A stretch of DNA of 32,000 nt from Microcystis aeruginosa NIES-2549 (GTDB taxonomy: Bacteria; Cyanobacteriota; Cyanobacteriia; Cyanobacteriales; Microcystaceae). The DNA is taken from assembly GCF_000981785.2 (NCBI RefSeq), contig NZ_CP011304.1, positions 3,540,001 to 3,572,000 of the forward strand, written 5' to 3'. Both the position numbers and the translations under genes were made by a program. The notes beneath the pieces were generated by a model. It made no database searches. It was not told the origin of the DNA and saw only the letters and a program-made list of their open reading frames with translations. Positions 1-7,357 of the stretch are shown here, piece after piece (position 1 is the stretch's first letter; every line of letters starts with the position of its first letter).

Positions 1-1
1 T

Positions 2-589
2 ATCAACAGTGGTGGTGGTCTGATTCGCGGATTCAATCAGGTGTTGGGTTTGCCGTCGGGAGCGATCGAGACGGTGAACGAGGATGCTTCCCGTTATCTG
101 TTGCGAGTTAGGGTTCAAGGGAGAAATGCCATTACCGAACAGCCGGTGGATGCCACCTACGAGGTAATCGAACCGTTGACCGTTAGCGATCTGCTGGTCA
201 AGGACGAAGGGGGAACGTTGTACCGACTGGGTTCGAGTCAGGAATCTCAGATCATCGCGTCCCGCATTCGGGTGGAACGGGTCGCACCAGTCCAAGTAAA
301 GATCGAAAATATTGTCTTGGAAGATGAGTATTTAGATAGGCTCGCTAATTTAACGGAACCCTTCGGCGTAGCTCAGGGTAACAGGGTATATTTAACGGGA
401 ACGCTGACCATTGCCGATGGTTCGGGTCTAAGTTTGCCCAGTCATGCCGACCGTTTCGATACTATTACCCTACAACCGGGTCACGTCGCCTACGCCCGAC
501 TTACCGCCGCTAGTCCCCAGTATGTGATCGACAAGTTGGGAGAATACAGCGTTTCAGGTCATCTCATCGCTAGGATCATAAATGTTTAA
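2..589 (+). CDS. Hypothetical protein, probably 5'-partial
   Basis: The listed ORF starts at GTG 41, but the same frame has no stop back to base 2, so the gene may continue upstream of the window. Its stop overlaps the next gene's start (ATGTTTAA at 582-589), which suggests translational coupling. I saw no recognisable motif. Confidence 0.45.
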   Translation: MNSGGGLIRGFNQVLGLPSGAIETVNEDASRYLLRVRVQGRNAITEQPVDATYEVIEPLTVSDLLVKDEGGTLYRLGSSQESQIIASRIRVERVAPVQVKIENIVLEDEYLDRLANLTEPFGVAQGNRVYLTGTLTIADGSGLSLPSHADRFDTITLQPGHVAYARLTAASPQYVIDKLGEYSVSGHLIARIINV

Positions 590-1676
590 TAAACAGCAGA
601 AACCATTACCCACCGCCGTTTTACGGGCCACCAATTCCCCATCGGACGAATCATCGCCACCGTCTGGCATTCTCTTGGGGGATAACTGTTATTGGAATCC
701 TGGTCATCTCCCCAACGGTCACATCGTCGCCATCGGTGCATCCGGTAGTGGCAAAACCCAGACCCTCAAAGCGATCGCTTATTCCCTCAGACAGACCTAT
801 CCCGATATTCAGTTATTTATCATCGATTTCCACGGTGATCAAGAGATTATCGGCGAAACTTGTTATCCCCTGCACATGGCCAGTTCTCACGGCATCAATC
901 CCCTGATTGTCAACCTCGATGCTGAAGGGGGTGGTCCCCATCTACAGGCCATCGCCGTTACCACCACTCTAAAACGTTCTTTGCAGTTGGGACCAAATCA
1001 GGAGGGTTTACTGTTAGAAATATTGCAATTTTGTTATGACCGGCGGGGTATCAGCCAAGAACAACCGACAAGTTGGACAAGGGAAGCGCCCAATTTTACC
1101 GATTTGCAGCAGGAGATCGAGTCGCGGGTGGAGAGCGGCTGTAAGGAATCGCAAAAACTGAAACTGAAACTGATAGCCACCTTCACCTACGGTGTCTTCT
1201 GCCGTCCTCAACCCAACTTCACCGAGAAACATATCCGCATCGACCTCTCGAAATTACCGCCGGAGATCGGGGCGATCGCCGCCGAATCCTTGGCCTGGCA
1301 ATTGATGAACCAACACCGGTTAACCGGCGAAATCGAAGGGAAACTACCCCGTACCTACCTATTCATCGATGAGGCTAAAGAATTGCGGAAAAGTCGGGCC
1401 TGTGACCGCATCATCGCTGACGGTCGTAAATACGGGCTGGGTTTGGTGTTGGCATCCCAATCGGAACGACATCTCAGCGACGACGTGATCGGTAACTCCT
1501 CTACCAAAATCGTTTTGCCAGTGGACCAATCGGAAGTGAAACGGGTGGCCGCCAAATTCCGGTTTGCCGAGAAGAAAGTAGCCGAGTTAGTACCCTTGAC
1601 CGCCCTATGTCGTTTCGGCAAACAGGCAGAAGTGACCAGTATCTTTCCCTATCACCGGAGGGTAGAAGATGGTTAG
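582..1676 (+). CDS. HerA/FtsK-like (DUF87-type) P-loop ATPase
   Basis: Walker A motif 'IGASGSGKTQT'. Walker B-like 'YLFIDEAKEL' followed by 'GRKYGLGLVLASQSERHL...NSSTKIVLPV', the pattern typical of HerA/DUF87 ATPases. Both its start and its stop overlap the neighbouring genes. Confidence 0.7.
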   Translation: MFNKQQKPLPTAVLRATNSPSDESSPPSGILLGDNCYWNPGHLPNGHIVAIGASGSGKTQTLKAIAYSLRQTYPDIQLFIIDFHGDQEIIGETCYPLHMASSHGINPLIVNLDAEGGGPHLQAIAVTTTLKRSLQLGPNQEGLLLEILQFCYDRRGISQEQPTSWTREAPNFTDLQQEIESRVESGCKESQKLKLKLIATFTYGVFCRPQPNFTEKHIRIDLSKLPPEIGAIAAESLAWQLMNQHRLTGEIEGKLPRTYLFIDEAKELRKSRACDRIIADGRKYGLGLVLASQSERHLSDDVIGNSSTKIVLPVDQSEVKRVAAKFRFAEKKVAELVPLTALCRFGKQAEVTSIFPYHRRVEDG

Positions 1677-3291
1677 CACTCTTTCTAAGTCAAAACCCCA
1701 CCAGCGACGCACCGAGAAGGTTTTTACTATCCTCGACGGCGCACCCCCTGGTACGACCTACGAAGGTCTGATCTCGTTGGTACGGGAGAAAACGGGTAAG
1801 GGTTGTTCCCGCAAGCTGATTAGTCGCTGGAAACGGGAACGCACGGGAGAAACCGTCTCAGAAATTCCAACTGTCTTGGAAATTCCAACTGTCTTAGAAA
1901 TTCCAACTGTCTTAGAAACGATCGCTTCTCAAAAAACACTCAGACAAAGTTCAGTGCCTGGCCTGAGCCACGTCGAAGGGCTTGCCCTGAGAGAAGCCGA
2001 AGGGTTTACCCTGAGAGAAGCCGATACTTCCCCCATTGTCCCCAGAATCGAGAAACACAGCGAGAAAACAAGCGAGAGTGTTGCCCTGAGAGAAGCCGAT
2101 ATTTCCCCCATTGTCCCAGAACCTTTCTATTCCCCCCGTCCTGATTTCTTTCGTTACCTGACCGTTGCCGCCGCCGCCATCATCGCCCTAGTCGGTTGCA
2201 GTTACACCACCGCCCAAAAAACCCCCAGCACACCCGTTACACCCGTTACCACCTCTTACCCCCCTTATCAAGGGGGGATTAAGGGGGGATCCTCTCCGAA
2301 AAAAACCTACTCCACCGTACCGAGGGAGATCAAAATCCGATTGACCCTTACCACCCCCGCAGATCTGCGGGTCAAACAAGGTTCTCGGATCGTTGCGGGT
2401 CAGATACTAAGCGATCGCATTACCGAGAGACAACGACTCCAAACCCAACGTCAACAGTTGGAACTCTCCCTAAAAAAGTTACAGATTCCCCTCCCCGAAC
2501 TCACCTTACCTTCACCACCCCCAACATTAAATAAACTTCCCCCCGTTTCCTACAGGCAAGAAACCGCCCAAATTACTCTGAAAACAGGAGAATTACAAGA
2601 GATAGAAGCTAAAATAGCTCAACAACAACAAAAAATCACCCAATTACTTAGCTTGAGTCAAGTTGAAGGTCTGGCCATGAAACCTACGGACGTTCGGGTA
2701 GCTTCCGTTCCCACCCGAACGTTCCCTACTTTTGTCAGCATTGATGGGCAAGCCCTGAAACAAGTTGATGGGCAAGCCCTGAGCCAAGCCGAAGGGCAGA
2801 AAATATCCGTGGAGAAGATCATCGAGCATGAACGGGCGAAACTCTCCCAAATGGAAACGGAGCGAGAAAAAGCAAAAATACAACTGGAAATCGCCCGTGC
2901 CGCTTTATCAACCGCCAAGGAAAAGCGTCTTCAGGAAGAATACCAATTGGCTCTAGAAGAAAACCGACGGGCGATCACCCTTCAGAACCAACAACTGGAA
3001 GTGGAGAAACAGAGGGCAGTTCGCGCCGCACAACTTCAGGAACGGGAATACAACCAAGCGGTGATCAGGACGAGAATACAGGAGATCGACAATGCACTGG
3101 TTCAATTGGCTACGGTTAAGGCTCCCTACCCCGGAACGGTCAAACGGCTTAAATGGCAGGGTCAGGATGATCGCCTTCTCACTGTCGAGCTTACTGTTGA
3201 TGTTGACCCTGAGCGAAGCCAAAGGGTTAACCCTGAGCGAAGCCGAAGGGTTGACTCCCCTACAGGCCGCTCCCCTTCCCTGTCTCGATAG
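1669..3291 (+). CDS. HlyD-like (membrane-fusion-like) coiled-coil protein carrying multiple in-frame repeat insertions
   Basis: One internal hydrophobic segment, 'YLTVAAAAIIALVGCS'. Two lipoyl-like half motifs ('LRVKQGSRIVAGQILSD' and 'TVKAPYPGTVKRLKW') flank a long Q/E/R/K-rich coiled coil, as in HlyD/MFP proteins. The 3' end overlaps the next ORF by 200 nt across a tandem repeat, so the true stop is uncertain. Confidence 0.55.
   Translation: MVSTLSKSKPHQRRTEKVFTILDGAPPGTTYEGLISLVREKTGKGCSRKLISRWKRERTGETVSEIPTVLEIPTVLEIPTVLETIASQKTLRQSSVPGLSHVEGLALREAEGFTLREADTSPIVPRIEKHSEKTSESVALREADISPIVPEPFYSPRPDFFRYLTVAAAAIIALVGCSYTTAQKTPSTPVTPVTTSYPPYQGGIKGGSSPKKTYSTVPREIKIRLTLTTPADLRVKQGSRIVAGQILSDRITERQRLQTQRQQLELSLKKLQIPLPELTLPSPPPTLNKLPPVSYRQETAQITLKTGELQEIEAKIAQQQQKITQLLSLSQVEGLAMKPTDVRVASVPTRTFPTFVSIDGQALKQVDGQALSQAEGQKISVEKIIEHERAKLSQMETEREKAKIQLEIARAALSTAKEKRLQEEYQLALEENRRAITLQNQQLEVEKQRAVRAAQLQEREYNQAVIRTRIQEIDNALVQLATVKAPYPGTVKRLKWQGQDDRLLTVELTVDVDPERSQRVNPERSRRVDSPTGRSPSLSR
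1861..1914 (+). repeat. 18-bp tandem repeat x3 inside a CDS (encodes EIPTVL x3)
   Basis: gaaattccaactgtcttg/a is repeated at 1861-1878, 1879-1896 and 1897-1914, with a partial fourth unit following. Confidence 0.9.
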
Positions 3292-3889
3292 TGGTAACGA
3301 TTGTCTCCGTACCCTCACCGACGCGGCGATCGAATGTTCCCCTGAATTGCAGACCCTCGACGAACGCATCGCCCTGATCGATCGCCGGTTACAGTTGGCT
3401 GGACAACGTATCGACCAAGCCAACGCCCGACAATGGACGGGTTATCTCACCACCGACCCGATCGCCATTCTGCAAAATCTGTTTGGGGGTGGTCAGGTAC
3501 AACAACAGAGGATGGCCATCACCGACCTCGAAATCAGGGCGGCCGACCTAGAGGCGGCCAGGGCTGAATTGGAACGTCAACGGGCTGCCAAACGCTCCCA
3601 ACTCGGAGAACAGGTCTTAACGCTGGTGATCGCCTACGAAACCGCAGGCGATCGAGAACGGGCGATATTAGCCCAACTGTCAAACCACGACCTCTTGACC
3701 AGGATTACCGAGATCGATTACCGTCTGGGCGGTTCATCCACCGAAACCTATCTAACAAGAATCGCCCAACGAGAACAGTTAGAGATTCAGTGGAACCGTT
3801 ACCGTCTCGAACGGGAAACCGCTAAACGACAACTTCTATCCCTGACGGGGTTTTCTACTCCTGAAACCACTGGGGAAACTACTGGGTAA
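3167..3889 (+). CDS. Alpha-helical/coiled-coil protein with an N-terminal hydrophobic leader (TolC-like appearance)
   Basis: The ORF frame is open from 3092. I prefer the in-frame ATG at 3167, which gives 'MIAFSLSSLLLMLTL...'. The rest is long helical heptad-like sequence ('LEIRAADLEAARAELERQRAAKRSQL'). The functional call is weak. Confidence 0.4.
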   Translation: MIAFSLSSLLLMLTLSEAKGLTLSEAEGLTPLQAAPLPCLDSGNDCLRTLTDAAIECSPELQTLDERIALIDRRLQLAGQRIDQANARQWTGYLTTDPIAILQNLFGGGQVQQQRMAITDLEIRAADLEAARAELERQRAAKRSQLGEQVLTLVIAYETAGDRERAILAQLSNHDLLTRITEIDYRLGGSSTETYLTRIAQREQLEIQWNRYRLERETAKRQLLSLTGFSTPETTGETTG

Positions 3890-3996
3890 TGGGTTGATAT
3901 TGTCATGTACATATCCAGCGACTCCACACTTGACGAGGCAATGCACTTGCATTACCATCAAGATGTTTTTACAGGCGTTGCATAATAGAGATATGA

Positions 3997-4398
3997 ATGG
4001 AGGAAATCAAAATGCAATGCCCTGAATGTAAATCTACCCATATCCGTAAAAATGGCATCAATAAACAAGGTAAACAAAATCATATTTGTGTAACCTGTGG
4101 CCGTCAATTTATTAATAACTATGAAAAACAGAAAGGCTATGACGAAAAAACGAAGCGAGAATGCCTAACTGCCTATGTTAATGGGATGGGATTTAGAGGA
4201 ATAGAAAGGCTAAAGGGAGTTCATCATACGACCGTAATTAATTGGGTAAAATCTGTGGGAGAATTATTGCCAGTCGCCTATGACCCAGAAACAATTCCTG
4301 AAGTAGGGGAACTGGATGAATTGGAAACCTTTGTTGGCTCAAAAAAAACAAAATCTGGGTGTGGACAGCCGTTGACCACTTTAAAAAAGGAATTTTAG
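3997..4398 (+). CDS. insA: IS1-family InsA-like protein (Zn-finger + HTH), upstream frame of the transposase
   Basis: 'CPECKSTHIRKNG...HICVTCGRQF' is the zinc-finger signature of IS1 InsA. An HTH-like 'GMGFRGIERLKGVHHTTVINWVK' follows. Confidence 0.8.
   Translation: MEEIKMQCPECKSTHIRKNGINKQGKQNHICVTCGRQFINNYEKQKGYDEKTKRECLTAYVNGMGFRGIERLKGVHHTTVINWVKSVGELLPVAYDPETIPEVGELDELETFVGSKKTKSGCGQPLTTLKKEF
4341..4349 (+). promoter_or_regulatory. Programmed -1 ribosomal frameshift site (A8C) of the IS1 transposase
   Basis: In the InsA frame the run reads ..GGC TCA AAA AAA ACA... Sliding back one base gives ...KKNKIWVWTAVDHF..., which continues seamlessly into the InsB frame. This mirrors the A6C site of IS1. 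Confidence 0.7.
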
Positions 4399-4706
4399 GT
4401 TGGGTAATCGGAGACCATAGTAGCGAAACGTTTCGCCCATTATGGGAATTAGTTAAGTCTTGGGGATGCTATTTTTATGTGAGTGATGGATGGTCAGTTT
4501 ATCCATGTTTTATAGCAGAGGGCGACCATATAATTAGTAAGACTTATATGACCAGAGTAGAGGGTGAGAACACACGTTTAAGACATTATCTAGCCCGATT
4601 GCATCGCAAAACACTCTGCTATTCTAAGTCTACAGAAATGTTAGGATACTCTATTCGTTTATTAATTCATTATCTGAAGTTTCAAGAAGTGCCTATTCCT
4701 TACTGA
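4359..4706 (+). CDS. insB: IS1-family InsB-frame (DDE catalytic part; expressed as an InsAB' fusion by -1 frameshift)
   Basis: The frame is -1 relative to InsA and is open from the A-run. 'VWTAVDHFKKGILGWVIGDHS' matches the conserved IS1 'W.W.A.D...' block. Confidence 0.75.
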   Translation: MWTAVDHFKKGILGWVIGDHSSETFRPLWELVKSWGCYFYVSDGWSVYPCFIAEGDHIISKTYMTRVEGENTRLRHYLARLHRKTLCYSKSTEMLGYSIRLLIHYLKFQEVPIPY

Positions 4707-4757
4707 TTCATAGCTTAATTCAGCAACGCCTTTTTACAAACAGGCTGAGAGGTTCCA

Positions 4758-5093
4758 ATGGATGCAACTATGGCTCTATGGCCAGAATCCACTCTTACCG
4801 ATCGCTATCAGACTACAATTCCCGATTCCGTTCGCAAAGCCCTTGGCTTGAATAAGCGCGATAAAATCTGCTACAACATACAGCCCGACGGCAAAGTATG
4901 GATTTCCAGGGCTGACGGGACAGAAGAAAATGATCCGGTGCTTGGGAAATTTCTGAATTTTCTTGCCCAAGATATGGAACAGAACCCTCAACACATACAG
5001 CCAATTAGTTCTAACCTAGTCAATCATGTTCAATACTTGGTCTCTGGCGTTGCTCTGGATCTTGATGCACCACTTCTGGATGAGGACGAATAA
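4758..5093 (+). CDS. prlF: PrlF(SohA)-family AbrB/SpoVT-type antitoxin
   Basis: 'ESTLTDRYQTTIPDSVRKALGL' is the SpoVT/AbrB-like N-terminus characteristic of PrlF. The C-terminus is acidic ('LLDEDE'). It lies directly upstream of a YhaV-like ORF, separated by 2 nt. Confidence 0.7.
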   Translation: MDATMALWPESTLTDRYQTTIPDSVRKALGLNKRDKICYNIQPDGKVWISRADGTEENDPVLGKFLNFLAQDMEQNPQHIQPISSNLVNHVQYLVSGVALDLDAPLLDEDE

Positions 5094-5095
5094 GG

Positions 5096-5347
5096 TTGTC
5101 TATAGATCAGCCCCTAGTAAATGTATGGAGCATATTTGCTCAACCTCTGTTCCTTGAACAGTTTGAAGAACTTGTGACGCAGATTGAAGAGCTGCACCAC
5201 AAGTTTCCTCAAGATTACAAAAGGAAAAATGCGACAAAGCGTCTAGCTGCCATAGCAAAGTTAGCCTTTGATACTAAGTACCTAAGCAAAATTAATTACA
5301 CATATCTAACCCCCCCTTGCCTCTTGCCTTTTGCCTTTCTTCACTAG
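5096..5347 (+). pseudogene. yhaV: YhaV-family toxin, 3'-truncated by MITE insertion
   Basis: The N-terminal 60 aa ('VWSIFAQPLFLEQFEELVTQIEELHHKFPQDYKRKNATKRLAAIAKLAFDT') resemble the YhaV N-terminus ('GW.LYAHP.F...KNATK.LA'). From nt 5276 onward the frame reads into the 94-bp MITE and stops at 83 aa, whereas YhaV is ~150 aa. The start is TTG. Confidence 0.6.
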
Positions 5348-5370
5348 GAAATTTATTTTGCACGACTACT
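5277..5370 (-). mobile_element. 94-bp MITE, copy L (flanked by TA/TA)
   Basis: This is the reverse complement of 20573-20666. Perfect blocks of 27 bp (taagtacctaagcaaaattaattacaca, including the flanking TA) and 36 bp (tcttcactaggaaatttattttgcacgactacttag) surround a diverged T/C-rich centre. Termini are AGTA..../....TACT with TA on both sides. Confidence 0.65.
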
Positions 5371-5373
5371 TAG

Positions 5374-7053
5374 GGTTTGCTGAATAATGGTAAAAACCTT
5401 ACAGGAAAGGGCTTTTAGCTTGATTGAGAGCTTCCCAAATGCACTTAAATCTGCTAGAATCTCTTAAAACCCTTGCATCACCCTTGCATCTTCTCTAATT
5501 AGTGCTAATGTACCGTAAAAGCGAGTTACCCTCAACCCCACCAGAAAACTTCGAGCTGCCCTTTGAGGGGAAATTATCCCAAGACAATCGTTGGGTAATT
5601 ATGGCCAACCTCATTCCCTGGTCAGAATTTGAAGCGGAATACGCATCACTTTTTTCAGAAGAAATGGGCACACCCGCCAAAACATTCAGGACAGCACTCG
5701 GAGCATTAATTATTAAAGAAAAATTAGGAACAAGCGATAGAGAAACGGTAGAACAAATCAAAGAAAATCCTTATTTACAATACTTCTTGGGGTTTTCATC
5801 CTACAGCAATGAACCCCGGTTTGAAGCGTCAATGTTGGTTCACTTTCGAGAAAGAATCACTCTGGAACTAATTAATAAAGTGAATCGCTTTATGGTCAAA
5901 AATTCGAGAGAAATAAAAGAAGAAGAAAACACCGAAAAAAAGTTAGAGAGCGAAACCCAAAGTCAACCAGAAAATCGAGGTAAATTAATTTTAGATGCCA
6001 GTTGTGCGCCCGCAGATATTAGTTATCCTACGGATTTAAACCTGTTAAATCAAGGAAGAAAACAAACCGAAAAAATTATTGATATTCTCTATGAAACTTT
6101 AAAAGGAAAACTTGTTCAAAAACCGAGAACCTATCGTCTTCTAGCCAGAAAAAGTTATTTAGAAGTAGCGAAAAAAAGAAAACCTACCGTCAAACAAAGA
6201 CGAAAAGCTCTGAAAAGACAACTGCAATATCTGAAAAGAAATCTCGACCATATTGAACAACTTTTAGCAGAAGGAGCCTCTCTACAAAGCTTGAAAAAAA
6301 GAGACTATAAACTGTTGTTAGTAGTCACAGAAGTTTATCGTCAACAACTCTGGATGTACCAAAATAACAAACAGAGTATTGAAGACAGAATTGTCAGCTT
6401 AACTCAACCCCACATCCGTCCGATAGTCAGAGGAAAAGCTGGAAAACCCGTAGAATTTGGGGCTAAATTCTCAGCAAGCTGTATAGATGGTTACATATTT
6501 TTAGACCGAATTAGTTGGGATAACTTTAATGAATCAGGAGATTTAAAAGCACAAATAGAAGCTTATTATGACTATACAGGATACTATCCAGAATCAGTTC
6601 ATGTGGACAAAATTTATCGAACCAGAGAAAACCGAGCTTGGTGTAAAGAAAGGGGAATCAGAATCAGTGGTCCCCCATTAGGAAGACCAGCCAAAAATGT
6701 TAGTAAAGAACAAAAGAAACAAGCTACCGATGATGAGAGGATTCGGAATTGTATAGAGGGCAAATTTGGACAGGGGAAAAGAAGATTTAGCTTAGGTAAA
6801 GTGATGGCTAAACTTCCTCATACTTCCTTTTCAGCGATTGCTATTACTTTTTTAGTCATGAATCTTTCTAACCTGTTGAGGCAGGTTTTTTGGGCTTTTT
6901 TATGTCTGAAATGGAAAAACAGCACTTTTTCTCGGTCAATGATTAGGATAAGTTATAACTTAAAAATTAATCAACAACTAAAGCTTATGCTTGTAGCTAA
7001 GTGAAATCATTGATTAAGAGACCTGTACTTTTCAATGACTTTTTCAGCAAACC
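5374..7053 (+). mobile_element. IS5/IS1182-like insertion sequence (~1.68 kb) with 8-bp target duplication
   Basis: Terminal inverted repeats GGTTTGCTGAA (5374-) and TTCAGCAAACC (-7053), with further partial matches inward. The direct repeat CTACTTAG occurs at 5366-5373 and 7054-7061. A single transposase ORF lies inside. Confidence 0.75.
5502..7004 (+). CDS. DDE transposase with InsH/DUF772-type N-terminal domain (IS5/IS1182 group)
   Basis: The N-terminus ('FRTALGALIIKEKLGTSDRETVEQIKENPYLQYFLGF') is the conserved transposase N-domain of IS5/IS1182-type elements. The C-terminal part ('VHVDKIYRTRENRAWCKERGIRISG...RNCIEGKFGQGKRRF') fits a DDE_Tnp_1-like end. An alternative start is ATG 5508. 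Confidence 0.8.
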   Translation: MLMYRKSELPSTPPENFELPFEGKLSQDNRWVIMANLIPWSEFEAEYASLFSEEMGTPAKTFRTALGALIIKEKLGTSDRETVEQIKENPYLQYFLGFSSYSNEPRFEASMLVHFRERITLELINKVNRFMVKNSREIKEEENTEKKLESETQSQPENRGKLILDASCAPADISYPTDLNLLNQGRKQTEKIIDILYETLKGKLVQKPRTYRLLARKSYLEVAKKRKPTVKQRRKALKRQLQYLKRNLDHIEQLLAEGASLQSLKKRDYKLLLVVTEVYRQQLWMYQNNKQSIEDRIVSLTQPHIRPIVRGKAGKPVEFGAKFSASCIDGYIFLDRISWDNFNESGDLKAQIEAYYDYTGYYPESVHVDKIYRTRENRAWCKERGIRISGPPLGRPAKNVSKEQKKQATDDERIRNCIEGKFGQGKRRFSLGKVMAKLPHTSFSAIAITFLVMNLSNLLRQVFWAFLCLKWKNSTFSRSMIRISYNLKINQQLKLMLVAK

Positions 7054-7357
7054 CTACTTAGATATACATTACAGCCATCGAACTGCTTGTTTAGTACATA
7101 GACCAAAGGCAAGCTGTGACTGGGTTATAATTTTTGGAGATGTCTAATTCACAAGAGATATATTTCCGATCCTGAACAGCTTAATCAGCAAAGGTTTAAC
7201 TGTGCCACACAGGTGTGAGAAACGCTATAGTTTCTACAATGAAGGTTTTTCACAATCTTTCGTGTATTTTTTTATTGCTGGAAGTGTCGTAAATAGATCT
7301 ATCAAAAGGCTCTTACCTAATATAATTGGGAGAAAATTACCGATCAACATTTCCCCG

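Larger units (their letters stand above)
3964..4742 (+). mobile_element. IS1-family insertion sequence (~0.78 kb)
   Basis: Imperfect terminal inverted repeats: 'gtttttacaggcgttgc' (3965-3981) and 'gcaacgcctttttacaaac' (4723-4741). Internally there are InsA-like and InsB-like frames linked by an A8 slippery run. The size matches IS1 (~770 bp). Ends are good to about +/-5 bp. Confidence 0.8.

Noticed and set aside
3891-3963. Short inverted repeat 'aatgca-ct-tgcatt' after the TolC-like gene as a terminator
   Set aside because: The stem is only 6 bp, the loop is 2 nt, and there is no following T-run. This is not convincing as an intrinsic terminator.
5275-7061. Idea that excising the MITE and the IS would restore a full-length yhaV
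   Set aside because: Joining the flanks by hand gives ...AFDT-RYTLQPSNCLFST-stop. This does not resemble the YhaV continuation, and it terminates after 16 codons. The inner flank of the inverted right MITE copy also fails to continue the frame sensibly (…DTREKSYGKHLIT-stop).
7202-7357. GTG 7202 as the start of the SNF2 helicase (ORF-track start)
   Set aside because: The first 52 codons ('MPHRCEKRYSFYNEGFSQSFVYFFIAGS...') are AT-rich, unlike the gene body. They lie directly beside the IS end. The first ATG (7358) precedes the conserved N-terminal block. The start remains uncertain.
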